Both the position numbers and the translations under genes were made by a program. Below the pieces are notes generated by a model. That model ran no database searches and had not been told where the DNA came from. It saw only the letters and a list, made by a program, of their open reading frames with translations. This document shows, piece by piece, positions 13,674 to 25,589 of a stretch of DNA of 64,000 bases (within the stretch, counting starts at the first letter, position 1; the number at the start of each line of letters is the position of its first letter). Origin of the DNA: Rhodosorus marinus CCMP1338 (Eukaryota > Plantae > Rhodophyta); the NCBI GenBank assembly GCA_029953675.1, contig JAMWBK010000004.1, positions 2,604,001 through 2,668,000 of the forward strand, given 5' to 3'.

Positions 13674-16127
13674 TCAGATCTTCAATCAAGCCCTTCAAAT
13701 ATCCAAAACGAGAACAAACACAAGCAAAACACACTGCTCGTACCACAGACCAGCCCCGCTCCACTAGACCCGTAAACCAAAGATCGGGGGGTCTTCCAAA
13801 CACAAGATCAACTCCCCCTACAAAAAAAACACTCTGTCACTAAACCAGTCCTTTTGTAGGATCCTAGGTACGTCTAGATCTTCGAACCAAATCCCTCTTC
13901 AACCGCTCCCAAACTCTCCAACCCCAAAGTATCCAGAAGTCCAACCTGGTGTTTTGCTCATGAACGAACAGGCCTGTCCATCTTCCCCAGATTCGATTTT
14001 CGCATCGTTTTCACCGATTTCCATTCGGATAATTGAAAATTCATTTAAATTGATCAATATAGTGACGTTTATAATGATTTTTGCCTTAATCCAAAAACTA
14101 AGAAATCTTTCCAATCTGCTTTTAAAGCGATGAAACAACCTTCGGGCTGTTGGCGTAAATATTTTATCTGTCATCTCATTTTATGGTTTGTCTATAAGGT
14201 GGGTAAGAATGCTAACACCAGAACTCCATTCCACATATTTTGAATCTTTTATGAGATTCTTAGATTTCTTGCAGTGGACAGCATCCTTAAGAGGCTGCAC
14301 TATAACCCCCCTGATATCGCAAGCAAGTTTACCCCTGGGAAGAGCTAAAGGGACTGGTTTAGTACTTGCTTTGTATCTGTACTAATTCAAAATATATCTT
14401 TTGTATGTGAATACCTTTTTTTTCAATAGAGTAGTAACGGTACAGTAGTTTAATTAGTTCATTTTTATACGGTTATTTAGCTAATCCGTGAGAATTTGCA
14501 GAGGGTTACATCTGTTTTCTAGGGGCGGAAAATATTGGCAACTGGCCTCCTGCGGTTAGCTAGGGAATTCTGAGAAACTGTACAAGGGGTCGAGGGCGAA
14601 GGCATTTTTTGTATATACGATACACAAATCAACAAATAGATATATTTCTGACAGTAAATGCCGAACTCGTCATCGGGTCCAGACTTGCCTTTGGAATGTC
14701 AACTTATTGTTCTCGGACATTGTAGAGGAAGCTGTTCCCACGCATCTTTAGCCCGAGAGTTGACCTTGTGTAGAATTTAGATTGACTTTCTGTGTGTCTC
14801 CCCTCCATTACATCGTACAAGATTGACCCGTGGGATAATCACGACGCATGTACCGCGTTCAGCAGATCTGCGGTATCCTACGCCTGTAGAGATCGTAATT
14901 TTTGATATACTAGCGCGAACAGAGGATGTAAATGCTGTCGACATAAGCTGAAATGCCTACTTCAATACACACTGTGTCCGTCGAAACGAGCGTGCGGAGA
15001 GCATCGATTTCCTTCACCTTCAACCTCCTCGCTTGGGACCCACGTGAAAAACCTGAACACGCTGCACAAGTTTAAAAAACCCAGCGTCACCTTGCCCCTT
15101 TATTTTTGAGCCGCTGAAGCTCTGCAAAGCGATGTGATCGCTCCTCGCAATCGGGCCACGTCTGTAGGCTATACGTCGCACATCTAAAGGGCTGGAACGG
15201 CAACAAGCTCACACCAGCCCCCCCCGGCCCCCCCCAAAAAAGCAAAAAAAAAGAGAAACAAGACTGTCGGCGTGTACATCGGACTCCAACACCAAGTCGC
15301 CATAGCCAAACACTCCCCGAACAATCCGGAGCTGCTTCTTCGGCTCATCCAACAAATCAACCCCCAAAACCACCCTGAAAACTCCACATATCAGGAATCT
15401 ATCTAAACAATTCAAAAAAACAAAATACGGCCATTGCACGATAATTTAACACCCTTATCCCTAATACCTATTTCATGAAGAATACATAAATGTCTTATAT
15501 CTGTAAACAATTGTCCCTTCAGAAAAAGTTATCCTCAAATTTACCCCCTAGGAGATTGGAGATGAAATGCTTTATAAAATGGCTTTACTAGGTGCAATTG
15601 TTTTTCTTTAGAAATTGTGAAATGGGTCTCTAAATTGGGTCTCTTAATTGGATCTCTAATCGGGGAAGGTGATTGACGAGGTGGGCGGAAGAAGTTTAGG
15701 TATTTTAGTAGGTGAAAGGGGTGGGAGGGGGAGAGATTTTTTTTCAGGTTGGGGGAGGCTGTGAGAGGAGATGGTTGTTTGGGTACTACTCGGGGAGTTC
15801 TAGGAGGAACGACTTCTGAAGGAAGTTAAGGTTTTCAGTTGAATGAGATACTGCGAGACTTTTGTAAGTGAATAAGGTTTTTTGGTTTTTTTTTTTTTTG
15901 GAGAGAGGGAGCTCGCTGGGACGGCGTGTAGAAGCACAACGGGTCTTTTTTGGGAGAAGGTGTTGGTGAATTGTTCTTGAGGAGAACGGTTCTAATTTGC
16001 TTTGGTTGTGGAGAACGTGCTAGTTGAAGGAGATTGCGGGGCAGGTTTCGGAGGGAAGGAGGATTTGGAGGTTGTTTTTTTTGGTCTGAAGAGACCCGAG
16101 GGGAGTGTGTGTCCTATGGAGGATAAG

Positions 16128-17160
16128 ATGGTGGGCTTCGTGGGCAGTGGATTGGGGTTGAGTCGGGTTGGGTCGACAAAGTTGGATTCGAGTCAGTGTC
16201 GGAGTAGGGTGCCGCGCAAGCTCGGTAGAAATGGATCGTGGGTGAGGATGTCTGCTGAGACGGTTCTCGAGGAGGAGGTGGATCCAGGAGTTGTGGAGGT
16301 GAGCTTGCTTTCTTTCTTATGATCAAATTTTTTGAAGATTTTACTCGAGGAGTATTCCCCCAGCTATCCACTGACTTTGTTAAGTCAGACCGCTAGATAT
16401 CTCTCCCTTTTCATACCTTCTGGAGAAGGAGAGAAGCCTAGCAATCCTCGTCGATGAAGCCAGTGGATAACTGTTGGCATATGCTATCGAGATCAGCAGC
16501 GGTGTACTTACGAGGTCTGAACATGTTCATGAAACAGGGAACGGGTTTGTCAATTGTTAAGTATCCTCATCCTGTCTTGCGGAGAGACAACGAAGAAGTC
16601 ACTCTGTTCGATGACGAATTGGCAAAGCTTGCTCGGAACATGTTCAAGGTGATGTACGCAAGTAAAGGTGTGGGACTTGCGGCTCCACAGGTACGTCTGA
16701 GCTCTGTTTGACGTGCCCTTCCGTTCGGAAACGGATGATTTCGCAATTCTAAGGCTTTCACCTTTTCGTGCTACCCCAGGTCGCAAAGAACATTCGCCTA
16801 ATGGTGTTTAACGCCGAGGGAAGCGAGAAGGCTTGGCTTCAAGAGACTGTTTTGGTGAATCCCAAAATTGTTTCGACCTCGGAGAAAATGAGCACTGAGC
16901 CGGAGGCTTGCCTGTCTTTCCCTGGAATGGGCGGACCTGTGAAGAGACACCACTGGATCAAGGTCGAGGCAAAAACGCTAAAGGGAAAGAACTTCAAAAT
17001 GAAGTTCACAGATTGGAAGGCTAGAATCTTTCAGCATGAATATGACCATTTAGAAGGCACCGTGTACATAGACCATCTTGCCAAAGAGCATCGAGCAGAA
17101 GTTCAGCCGGTGCTGGACGGCCTTATTAAGGCGTTCGATGGGGATGAGCCAATGCTCTAA
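16128..17160 (+). CDS. def: Peptide deformylase, plastid-targeted
   Basis: Exons 16128-16298, 16538-16690, 16780-17160. Motifs GVGLAAPQ, EACLS (variant of EGCLS) and QHEYDH; MVGFV transit peptide. Confidence 0.93.
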
Positions 17161-17230
17161 GGAGCCAGACAAAAATTCGTACAGGACAGTATTTCCTTTA
17201 AATTAGAAATCTTATGATACTCTTCAGCGA

Positions 17231-18849
17231 CTAGCTAGCAACTGTGGAATGGCTACAGAGGATTTGAAAGCCCTTATCCAGATCTTCCATGAGGTCCAGC
17301 GGGTCCTCAAGACCGATAGACAACCTCAGTGTTTCTCCCAACTCAGCTCCATAATCCCAGTTTGGCAGTTCCGTGATGGAAATAAGACTGTTTAACCCAC
17401 CCCATGAGAATCCGAGGGAGAAAAGCTTCAGACTTTCAACCATGGACACCACCGCAGCGTGTTCAAAGCTGCGCAGTTGAAATCCGAACAGAACAGAAGA
17501 ACCAGAAAAATCTCTTCGGAATAGTTCATTCTGGGGATGCGACTTCAGCGCCGGATGCATGACCCTCGCAACCTGTATGTTGCACAGTGCGGGTTGGAAT
17601 TTGATAAAGACCGAGGATTAGAAACGGTGGAGAGTGAAACATGCTTGTGACAATACAGCACCTGCAGGCTTACCTCAGTTCTAGATTCCAACCATTCCGC
17701 GATTCGTAGAGCTGATTCGGCTTGATGCTTCATGCGGATGCCAAGAGTTCTAAGTCCTCTTAGTGCATTGTAGCAGTCATCTGGTCCTGGGGGGCACCCG
17801 AGGTCCGTCACCATTTCCTTAACTTTTCGATACGTCTGCTCATCTTTCGCACTTATCAAGCCGAGGATGAGGTCGGAATGGCCTCCAATTAATTTCGATG
17901 CTGCGTTAGTGACGACATCGCAGCCCAGATCGTGTGGTTTGAATATACTTCCGCCCCAGCTATTGTCACAGACCACAACTGCTCCTGCCTGCTCAGGGTT
18001 TCCCAAACGGGTAGGGTCTCAGCGAAATGCGTCTGCCATTCTATTGCGATCCGTTTGTTCTAGAGGATCCATAGACCTCTTGCTGCCTCGTTCCGTACGT
18101 ACCTCATGAGCACTTTGCACAATCATAGCGACGTCGGAGAGTACGAAGGAGTTGGACGTAGGGGTTTCAACGTACACAGCCTTCGTATTGGCCTGGATGA
18201 GCTTCGCGAACTCTCTAGCACTGATGTCAGGCGGGTAGTAGGTTACCTCCACGCAGAACTTTTTCAGAATTCGCTTCGAGAATAGCTTCGTCGGATAGTA
18301 CGCCCCATCTGTCATGAGAATATGGTCGCCGGCTTCGACGAACGCCATCAGCGCAGCGTTGTTAGATGCAAGACCTGAGGAAGTGGCAACCGCAGAGTAA
18401 CCCCCTTCGATGATTGCGAATGCCTCTTCAAGAGCGAAAGAAGTAGGATTCCCATGAATTCCTATACAGGGTTGAATGCGGAGTGGGAACCAACTACGAG
18501 AATTTAGTCCCGAAGCGCGTCAGAGAAACTTCTGAAGAGGGCTCAAACCCCGATCATATATACCGTAGAGCATGCCGGTGAACGCAATGTCCGACATAGA
18601 GTAATCCAGCGATGCGACGGACTTGAAAGTAACGGTTGAGTTGTGGTACACGGGTACGTTCAGTACAGATCTTCCCAAGGGGTCCGTAGTCCATGTCTCA
18701 TTGTGAAAAGCAGCCCGAACCATCTGCGTGTCCCGTCTCAGAGATTTGACCTCGTCGTCCACAACTCCTCTTCTATGCATCTTGATGTTGGGATGCTCGA
18801 GGATAGTCTCCTCATCAACTCCATCGATGATATTTCTATTCTCTGCCAT
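17231..18849 (-). CDS. metC: Bacterial-type cystathionine beta-lyase-like paralog B (no transit peptide, diverged active site)
   Basis: Exons 18849-18564, 18461-18103, 17988-17674, 17572-17231. SKLIGGHSD (PLP Lys), DDCYNALRGLRTL, GFSWGG, LRLSIGLED. Confidence 0.87.
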
Positions 18850-20174
18850 CTTCCTTTGAGAGCAGTCGTATCCTACGATATGTTCGCTATTGTCACAAGT
18901 ACGTCTGCTCCAGTTCTAGACGTTTAGCAACCCGAGCGAGGCCCTCAACGCTTACTAGGTTGCCAGTCCCAAATCACCGTCGCTACTATAATGGCTGGCA
19001 ATGGTCCCCGACTGGGATCTTCAGACCCTGTTTTGGGGTCATCCATCCCATGAAGGCTCGAAAGTGTTAGGTCAACGTCCCACTCTACACGCATTGGAGC
19101 GGGAACGGCCAGGAGCTGATGAGAAAGCTCGTCATTAATACGAAAAGACAAACTGAGCACAGGACAGATTTGGGAAGAGCGGTGAATTTGCAGAAACCTG
19201 TAGCCCGCAGCTTTAGTCCGTATGTGGTCCTTAGGAAGGATGTATAAGGTGGCACTTAGACAACGGTTCGTTGATCTGGCTCAGTTGAAACTACTAAGAC
19301 AATTAAGGCGCATAGTAAAACATGCACATGCTCGTTGAGAAAGCACAGCTGCAGTCAAGGATAGCTGCCCTATTAGATACCATGCTATCGTTCGCGTACG
19401 CACTTGGTCAACAGAAGTGTGAGGACTCAGTTGCTGGCTTACCTCCACTATCGGCGGGGTCCAACCTGTTCAGATACGAGAGTAATCTTTGCCCGGGATA
19501 GGATGAGGGTTCAGCGCTTACTATGACGGAATACGAGGACAACGACAGCGCTCATGTAGGTTCTCGCGAGTCGAGATGAGATCAAGATCGCAATTTTCTC
19601 TGGGTTCGTACTCAGCAAACGCCTGCTGACAGACGGCATTCATATTGGTCAACACTACCGATGTTGTTGATATGCGGGTTTTTCTATCATCGAGACTGCT
19701 TTTCGTTTACCAGTGCCTTCAGAGCCTCCTCCCTGAAGCTGAACCCTTCGGTAGTTAACAAAACGCAGTTGCCGCTCCATACCAAACACACGATTGAATT
19801 TATATATAACAAAACGATATGGTCCATGCATGGGGAAAAAAATCTTCTAAAGCACCGGCTTGGATTGTATATTTCAAGTAAAAATATTCGATCGGGCAGT
19901 AGGGTCAACGCTATTCAGGATATTGAGTATTGTAAAGTAAATCAACTTCTCGAGAGCTCTAACATAGCTCGCTTGTGCCCTACATGGCTGATGAATGGAA
20001 GGCTTTCTGCTCCTTCCCCTGGGTGCGAACGAGATTGATGCCCTGTTTCCACGTTAGGAACAGAGTTTCTACCTCCCTACTACCCACTCAGGCAATTCCT
20101 TGCGCAGGAGAAGCCAGTCATTCATCGACCGGAGGAGCTTGAAAGTACAGATACCTTCCGAGATTTTGTGGGCA

Positions 20175-21732
20175 CTAATCAGCTGCGTTGAGTCTCTTGA
20201 AACCTTCCTCAATATCGGCAATGAGATCTTCCACAGACTCAAGTCCAATGTTTAACCTCAGTGTCGGTCCTAATCCTTCTCCATAGTCCCAATATTCAAC
20301 CGACCTAACGTTATTGATCTTGGTTGGCATGACGATGCTCTCATAACCCCCCCACGAAAAGCCAATGGCAAATATTTTCATGTTGTCAATCATGGATTCC
20401 ACAGCCTTCTCGGAATATGGTTTCAACTGGAAGCCGAAGAGTCCGGTCCCTCCTGTGAAGTCACGTTTGAATAAGTCATGCTGCGGATGAGAAGGCAAGC
20501 CCGGGTGCATCACTCTCGCAACCTATGCTCACCATCAACGGAAGTGCACGTTCGTCAGCTATGGAAAACTTCCGGCGACCTCGAGGAGGGATTCCCATAT
20601 CACTTACCTCTGGTCTTTCCTCAAGCCACTGAGCAATTTGCAACGTCGCTACGTCATGCTGACGCAGACGAACACCGAGCGTTCTAAGCCCTCGCAGGGC
20701 CAGATAACAATCATCGGGCCCCGGCGGGCAGCCCAGTTCCCTGACCGAATTTTTCACCTTCCGATAAAGTGTTTCATCCTTCGCGCTGATCAAACCGAGC
20801 ATTATATCCGAGTGTCCACCAATGTACTTCGTCGCCGCGTTGATCGTGACGTCACACCCCATTTCATGGGATTTGAACACAAGCGGGCCCCAAGTATTGT
20901 CACAAAGAACAACAGCTCCAGCCTAGTAAAACAGTAGAAGAAGCGCAACATCAGTGAAGCATTCGACGAAAAGATGCAGAATCTATCGCCCAGCATAGGA
21001 TGGTAAGGTTCGTACATCGTGCGCAACTTTGGCCAACGCAGGGATGTCCATGATCTCAAAAGAAAGCGAAGAAGGGCTTTCCACGAACACGATCTTGGTA
21101 TTTGGTCGAATCTCTTTGGCCAGCTCGTCCGGTGTGATTAGTGGGGACACGTATGTGGTCTCCACTTTAAATCTCTTCAGAAATCCGTTGCAGAACTCTC
21201 TTGTTGGGTCGTAGCACCCATCAGTAACTATCAGATGATCTCCGGACTCCACGAACGCGAGAATAGCGGCATTGTTTGCAGCGACTCCTGAGCCCGTGGC
21301 GCAAGCAGCGTATCCACCTTCAATCACCGCGAACGCCTCCTCAAGTGCCCACGAGGTGGGATTGCCATGACGGCCGTACCACATTCCAGTGAAAGGCCAG
21401 TCGCTCGCGGCATACTTGTACGCCGCTGTCGTCTTGAAAAGAACTGTTGAGTTGTGATAAACAGGGGGATTCACCACCGTCCTCTGCAGCGGATCAGTAC
21501 TCCATTCCTCTGGATGGGATCCACCCTTCACAACCTTCGTGTCCTCCCCATATTTCTGCACGTCATCGTCTAGTATGCCCTGTCGGTGGAACTTTACGTT
21601 GGGATGCTTCTCGATCTCCTCAATCGGTACGCCCTGGACAACACCATCCTCGGACTTCATCCGAACACTACGGTGCTGGTTCCTTCGCGAGTGGAAATTA
21701 GACGCTGGTAGAGAACAGGGAACAAAAGCCAT
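20175..21732 (-). CDS. metC: Bacterial-type cystathionine beta-lyase paralog A, plastid-targeted
   Basis: Exons 21732-21016, 20922-20608, 20522-20175. MAFV transit peptide; YGRHGNPT, TKYIGGHSD, DDCYLALRGLRTL, GFSWGGYES, LRLNIGLE. Confidence 0.92.
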
Positions 21733-23456
21733 CTGGTTTGTCCAAGCTGCTAGTAGCTCGCTGCCAGGTGTTACGTATCCCCTGTCGATTCAGGACCTTG
21801 TCAAACCCACCGCTACGATCCTGTGGTACTCCTTCACGGGTTTCTAGTCGTGTCGCGTATTCTGATCTTCGATCAACAAAGAAATACTCCGTATTCTCCA
21901 GCCTCGTCCCGATCAGCGTCCCAGATATGTCAATTATCAATCACCTTTGCGGTCGATTCCAGATTTACATCCGAGCCATCATCAGGAAAAGGGGGAACAG
22001 TGGAGTCAGGGTATGAACGGCTTGAGCGTTCTTGACGTTGCTTCGAATATATAGTACGTCAAGAAAGCTCAAGTCGATTGTAAATCGGGGTGTTTTTTAC
22101 GATCCGGATAACTCTCAGGCGCATCAAGCACTCGGGGCATTGCCAACCCTCCATCCGCAGAGAAGCTGGTATCGAACACTTCCAGGACACTCACAGGTCC
22201 CTCACAGGTCCGCGGGCGGCAACTGTGGCTGAAGCTGTAGAAGGCACACGACTATGGGGAAATTCACGACGAAGCTCCGCACGTTCTCTGAAGCAGGACT
22301 ATGAGAAGTCGAATGTCGGGCTGATTCCCTTAGAACATATTCGTTCATCTTGAGGACTTCACTTTGCAGCTCTTGCAAGTGGTGGGTTGAGAAGGACCCT
22401 ATCCCTGCCGAAATAGAGCTTAGAGTACTCAACCTTCTTACGAGGGATCTACCGAAGCTGAAGGCAAGTGCCCTACCTCAGCCGGTCGCCCCGTAGCGAA
22501 GTTTAATAATTTAGGACGAATAGGACTTCTTTACGTACATTTAGATAAACTCCTGCTAAATATGGTTCTATCCAACCCAGGTAGTCGTTCTTGCCGCAGT
22601 ACGACGCTAAACTTTGAATCCGCTGTCCTATTGTCTTCGTACAAGAGCATTGCTTGTACTCAGATGCATCACTAGCCAACTTACTCAAAAACCGCAATCG
22701 ACAAAAACGTGTCATATATTGAATATATTTAAGAGCAGGGGAATGTGGGAAACGCAAATATACCAGATAAACGATACTAGTATTGTTTCGTAAATATAGC
22801 TTTTTCATTTCGAAGAAAAATTCCGGTCAAGTCTCATGTTGGACTACAAGAGCCTAAATTAAGATCAACGGATCTTTTGTTCTAGATGTTCTACGGAAAT
22901 ATGCAGTACCATTTGTAAAACGTCCTTAGAACTAGAACTACTCTCTCCAATGAACGTGCGGCGACAATCCTATGCTTACTACCATTGGCTAAAATTCTCA
23001 ATCACTATTGTAATGTTGACTGATATCGGAATTATAGGACAATGCGGGGCTATGGTCCCGTCGTCGGTGTCGACGGGAAAAAGGTTTGCTATTTCATCCA
23101 TTATTCTTCAAATGGTGTTCTTATTTTTCGTGAATCTTTTCCTCTACATGAGGATGTTCGTTTTTTAGTAATTTTAGAGCGGTTTTGGGAGTCGTCAACT
23201 ATTGTCGCTTTTGAGGTGAAACTCTTCTTTCCATTTTTATTTTTTTTTTGAGTTTTGCGGAAGGTGAGGATGTGACGGCGGGGAAAAGGGAAGGGAATGA
23301 GGAGGGGAGAGTTCGGGCTGGTGTTGGTGAGGGGGAGGGCGGGGAAGGATTGAAGGCTTGGTGTGTTTAGTTTCTTCTTCTTTTGTGTGAAGAAGGGTTT
23401 TCGCCTCTTTTTTGTCGTACGAGTATTTCTGTGGTAATTTTTTTATTTCAATCGAG

Positions 23457-24242
23457 ATGCAGAGATCGATTACTGGGTTTACGGTAAAGGATGTCGCTCC
23501 TGCGGACTTCGTTTCGGCTTATTCGGCTCATTTGAAGACCCAGGAAGACTTTGAATTGCCGAAGTGGGTGGATATCGCGAAGACGGGAACACACAAGGAG
23601 TTGGCTCCGTACGATCCGGATTGGTTTTACGTTCGAGTTGGTAAGTACTTTTGCTTCATGGAGTGGCCTTTGGGTGGTTGGATTATTGCCTGCTTCTCTT
23701 GGATGGGAGTAGTAATATGTACGAGAGGGAGGGAGTACAATCCCACGGATTGTTTTTCATTTATGCGTGCTTGGAATGCCCGCAGCAGAATGAAAAGTAG
23801 CCAAAGTGGTGCAGTCTTCTGACGTCGTGCTTGTTTGTTTTCTTCGATGAACAGCTTCCCTGGCGAGAAAGGTCTACTTGAGACAAGGTACCGGAGTTGG
23901 CGCATACCGAAAGGTTTACGGTGGGAGCAAGAGCAACGGAACACGCCCGTCGCACTTTAGAAAGGCCTCCGGTGGGGTTATTCGAGCTGGCCTCAAGCAG
24001 CTCGAGAAGCTTGGAATTATTGAGAAGCATCCTAATGGGTAAGGAACGATCTCTTGCGAGCGTTGGCACTTAATAATTTTACCGAAAATTGATATATGCG
24101 TTGATATCTAATCTGCTTCTTGCCTCCGGTGTTTTTACTGTGTAGTGGTAGAAGAGTGACGAGAAAGGGACAAGTGGAGATGGATACCAAGGCCAGTGAA
24201 ATTCTTGCAACCCAGATCGAGGCCACGGGCGGTGCAGAATAA
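23457..24242 (+). CDS. RPS19: 40S ribosomal protein S19 (eS19)
   Basis: Exons 23457-23640, 23855-24038, 24146-24242. [37 protein letters not shown]. Confidence 0.97.
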
Positions 24243-24527
24243 TTGAATATGAATTGAATGTCCGAAGGATAACACCATGTGTTTAGATCGGTGTATTGCT
24301 GTTCCGAGAAACTACTACTACTAAAAAGAGGTGATTTGATTTTTTTCTTAAGATGAATGGACTGGAGAAGAGTAGACTGAGCATGACGACGTCCGCTGGG
24401 TGGTTTTTTCGCCGGCACTTCTGTTACGGATCGTTCTTGAGGGTCAGTCAACAGAGTCCACTTTAGTACTAGTGCAAAAGGGGAACACCTCTAGACAGCT
24501 TCGGAAGCGAATTCATGTTTAGTTGTT

Positions 24528-25589
24528 TTAGTTTCGTGAAGACAAAGTTTTCCTCGGGAGCTCAGTGAAAACTGAGTCAATTTTTGCTCTCAGTTTCCTC
24601 TGCATGTGACGAGTCCAGTCAATTTCCTCCTGTATATGCTTGTTCGCTAGTTGCATGGATTCAATCTTCATGGCACTCATCAGGCAATCGAACAACGCCG
24701 CCAGCGAGTTTTCAGTTCCAACGGCTGGATCATCCTCGAAAGCGCTTCGACGAGTGCGCTTGCGAGGTGACGGCGGGCTATCTCCATTCGCTCCGTCCGA
24801 TTCGAGAGGTGGTTTGCTCTCTGTATCCCCAGCTGAACCCGGATTTTCCACTCCATGCTGAATATTCATGCGACTAAGCATGAGGTTTAATACATTAGGG
24901 GAGCCCTCATGGCTCCTATCGAATACGTACTGCAAGCTAGCGTCCCCGGCAGTGAAATCGGCGAACTTTGACGGATCGTTCTTGAATTTGCTCGCCCACA
25001 TGGAGTATGCGCGTCCAAACCTTGCTTTGATCTCGTTGAACTTCTTCCTGAGCACTGCCCCGGATCGGTGGTATCTCACATTTCTCCCATGAACCTCCGG
25101 ATGAGCCTTATGAAATGCGGCCGGTGGCGGCGGAGTAAAGTTTCCATCGTTGAAAGTGGAAGGAATCTGTTCTTCCCAGGGGCCAGGTGCAGTTGAGTCC
25201 CGCTTTCCTCTCTTGCTTGGTAAAAGCTTATCTACGTTGAGCTTAGAAACGATCCTGGACAAAACCTCAACCAGCCTTGCGAAATCGCAGGCAGAGAAAT
25301 TCGGCTCCCTGTTGCTTGGTTCCACACCCTCTGGAACTTGTTCCGAAATTCTTGATAGCCTTAGTATCAGCTCGTCTTTCCTACCCCTGATCGCGAGACC
25401 TTTCTCTTTGCATCTACTCCGAAGCTCTCTTATAGACAGGCCTTCGATTACATCCGATGGCCCATCCTCACCGCGGTCGTCTGACGACTCCTTGTTCTCC
25501 GGCGTAGATTCATCATCCTCATTCTCATTCGGTTCTTCAAGACTCTGTTCGGTGTTGCTTCCATTCTTGTCAGCAACACCATCGCCCAT
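24528..25589 (-). CDS. SAP-domain protein with a Myb/SANT-like region and C-terminal coiled coil
   Basis: Intronless ORF, first Met at 25589. SAP motif LSIRELRSRCKEKGLAIRGRKDELILRL; trihelix-like RSGAVLRKKFNEIKARF segment. Confidence 0.7.
   Translation of the reverse strand: MGDGVADKNGSNTEQSLEEPNENEDDESTPENKESSDDRGEDGPSDVIEGLSIRELRSRCKEKGLAIRGRKDELILRLSRISEQVPEGVEPSNREPNFSACDFARLVEVLSRIVSKLNVDKLLPSKRGKRDSTAPGPWEEQIPSTFNDGNFTPPPPAAFHKAHPEVHGRNVRYHRSGAVLRKKFNEIKARFGRAYSMWASKFKNDPSKFADFTAGDASLQYVFDRSHEGSPNVLNLMLSRMNIQHGVENPGSAGDTESKPPLESDGANGDSPPSPRKRTRRSAFEDDPAVGTENSLAALFDCLMSAMKIESMQLANKHIQEEIDWTRHMQRKLRAKIDSVFTELPRKTLSSRN

Noticed and set aside
14640-15400. Possible small spliced gene on the minus strand, and an Sm-like TAATTTTTGA near 14896
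   Set aside because: Could not build a consistent reading frame; no snRNA core motifs surround the Sm-like site.
18850-20174. ORFs in the spacer between the MetC copies
   Set aside because: No homology recognised; overlapping frames on both strands look random.
22032-22353. GIEH...VAE string resembling an integrase core
   Set aside because: The DDE spacing and SDNG motif are absent; too weak to call.
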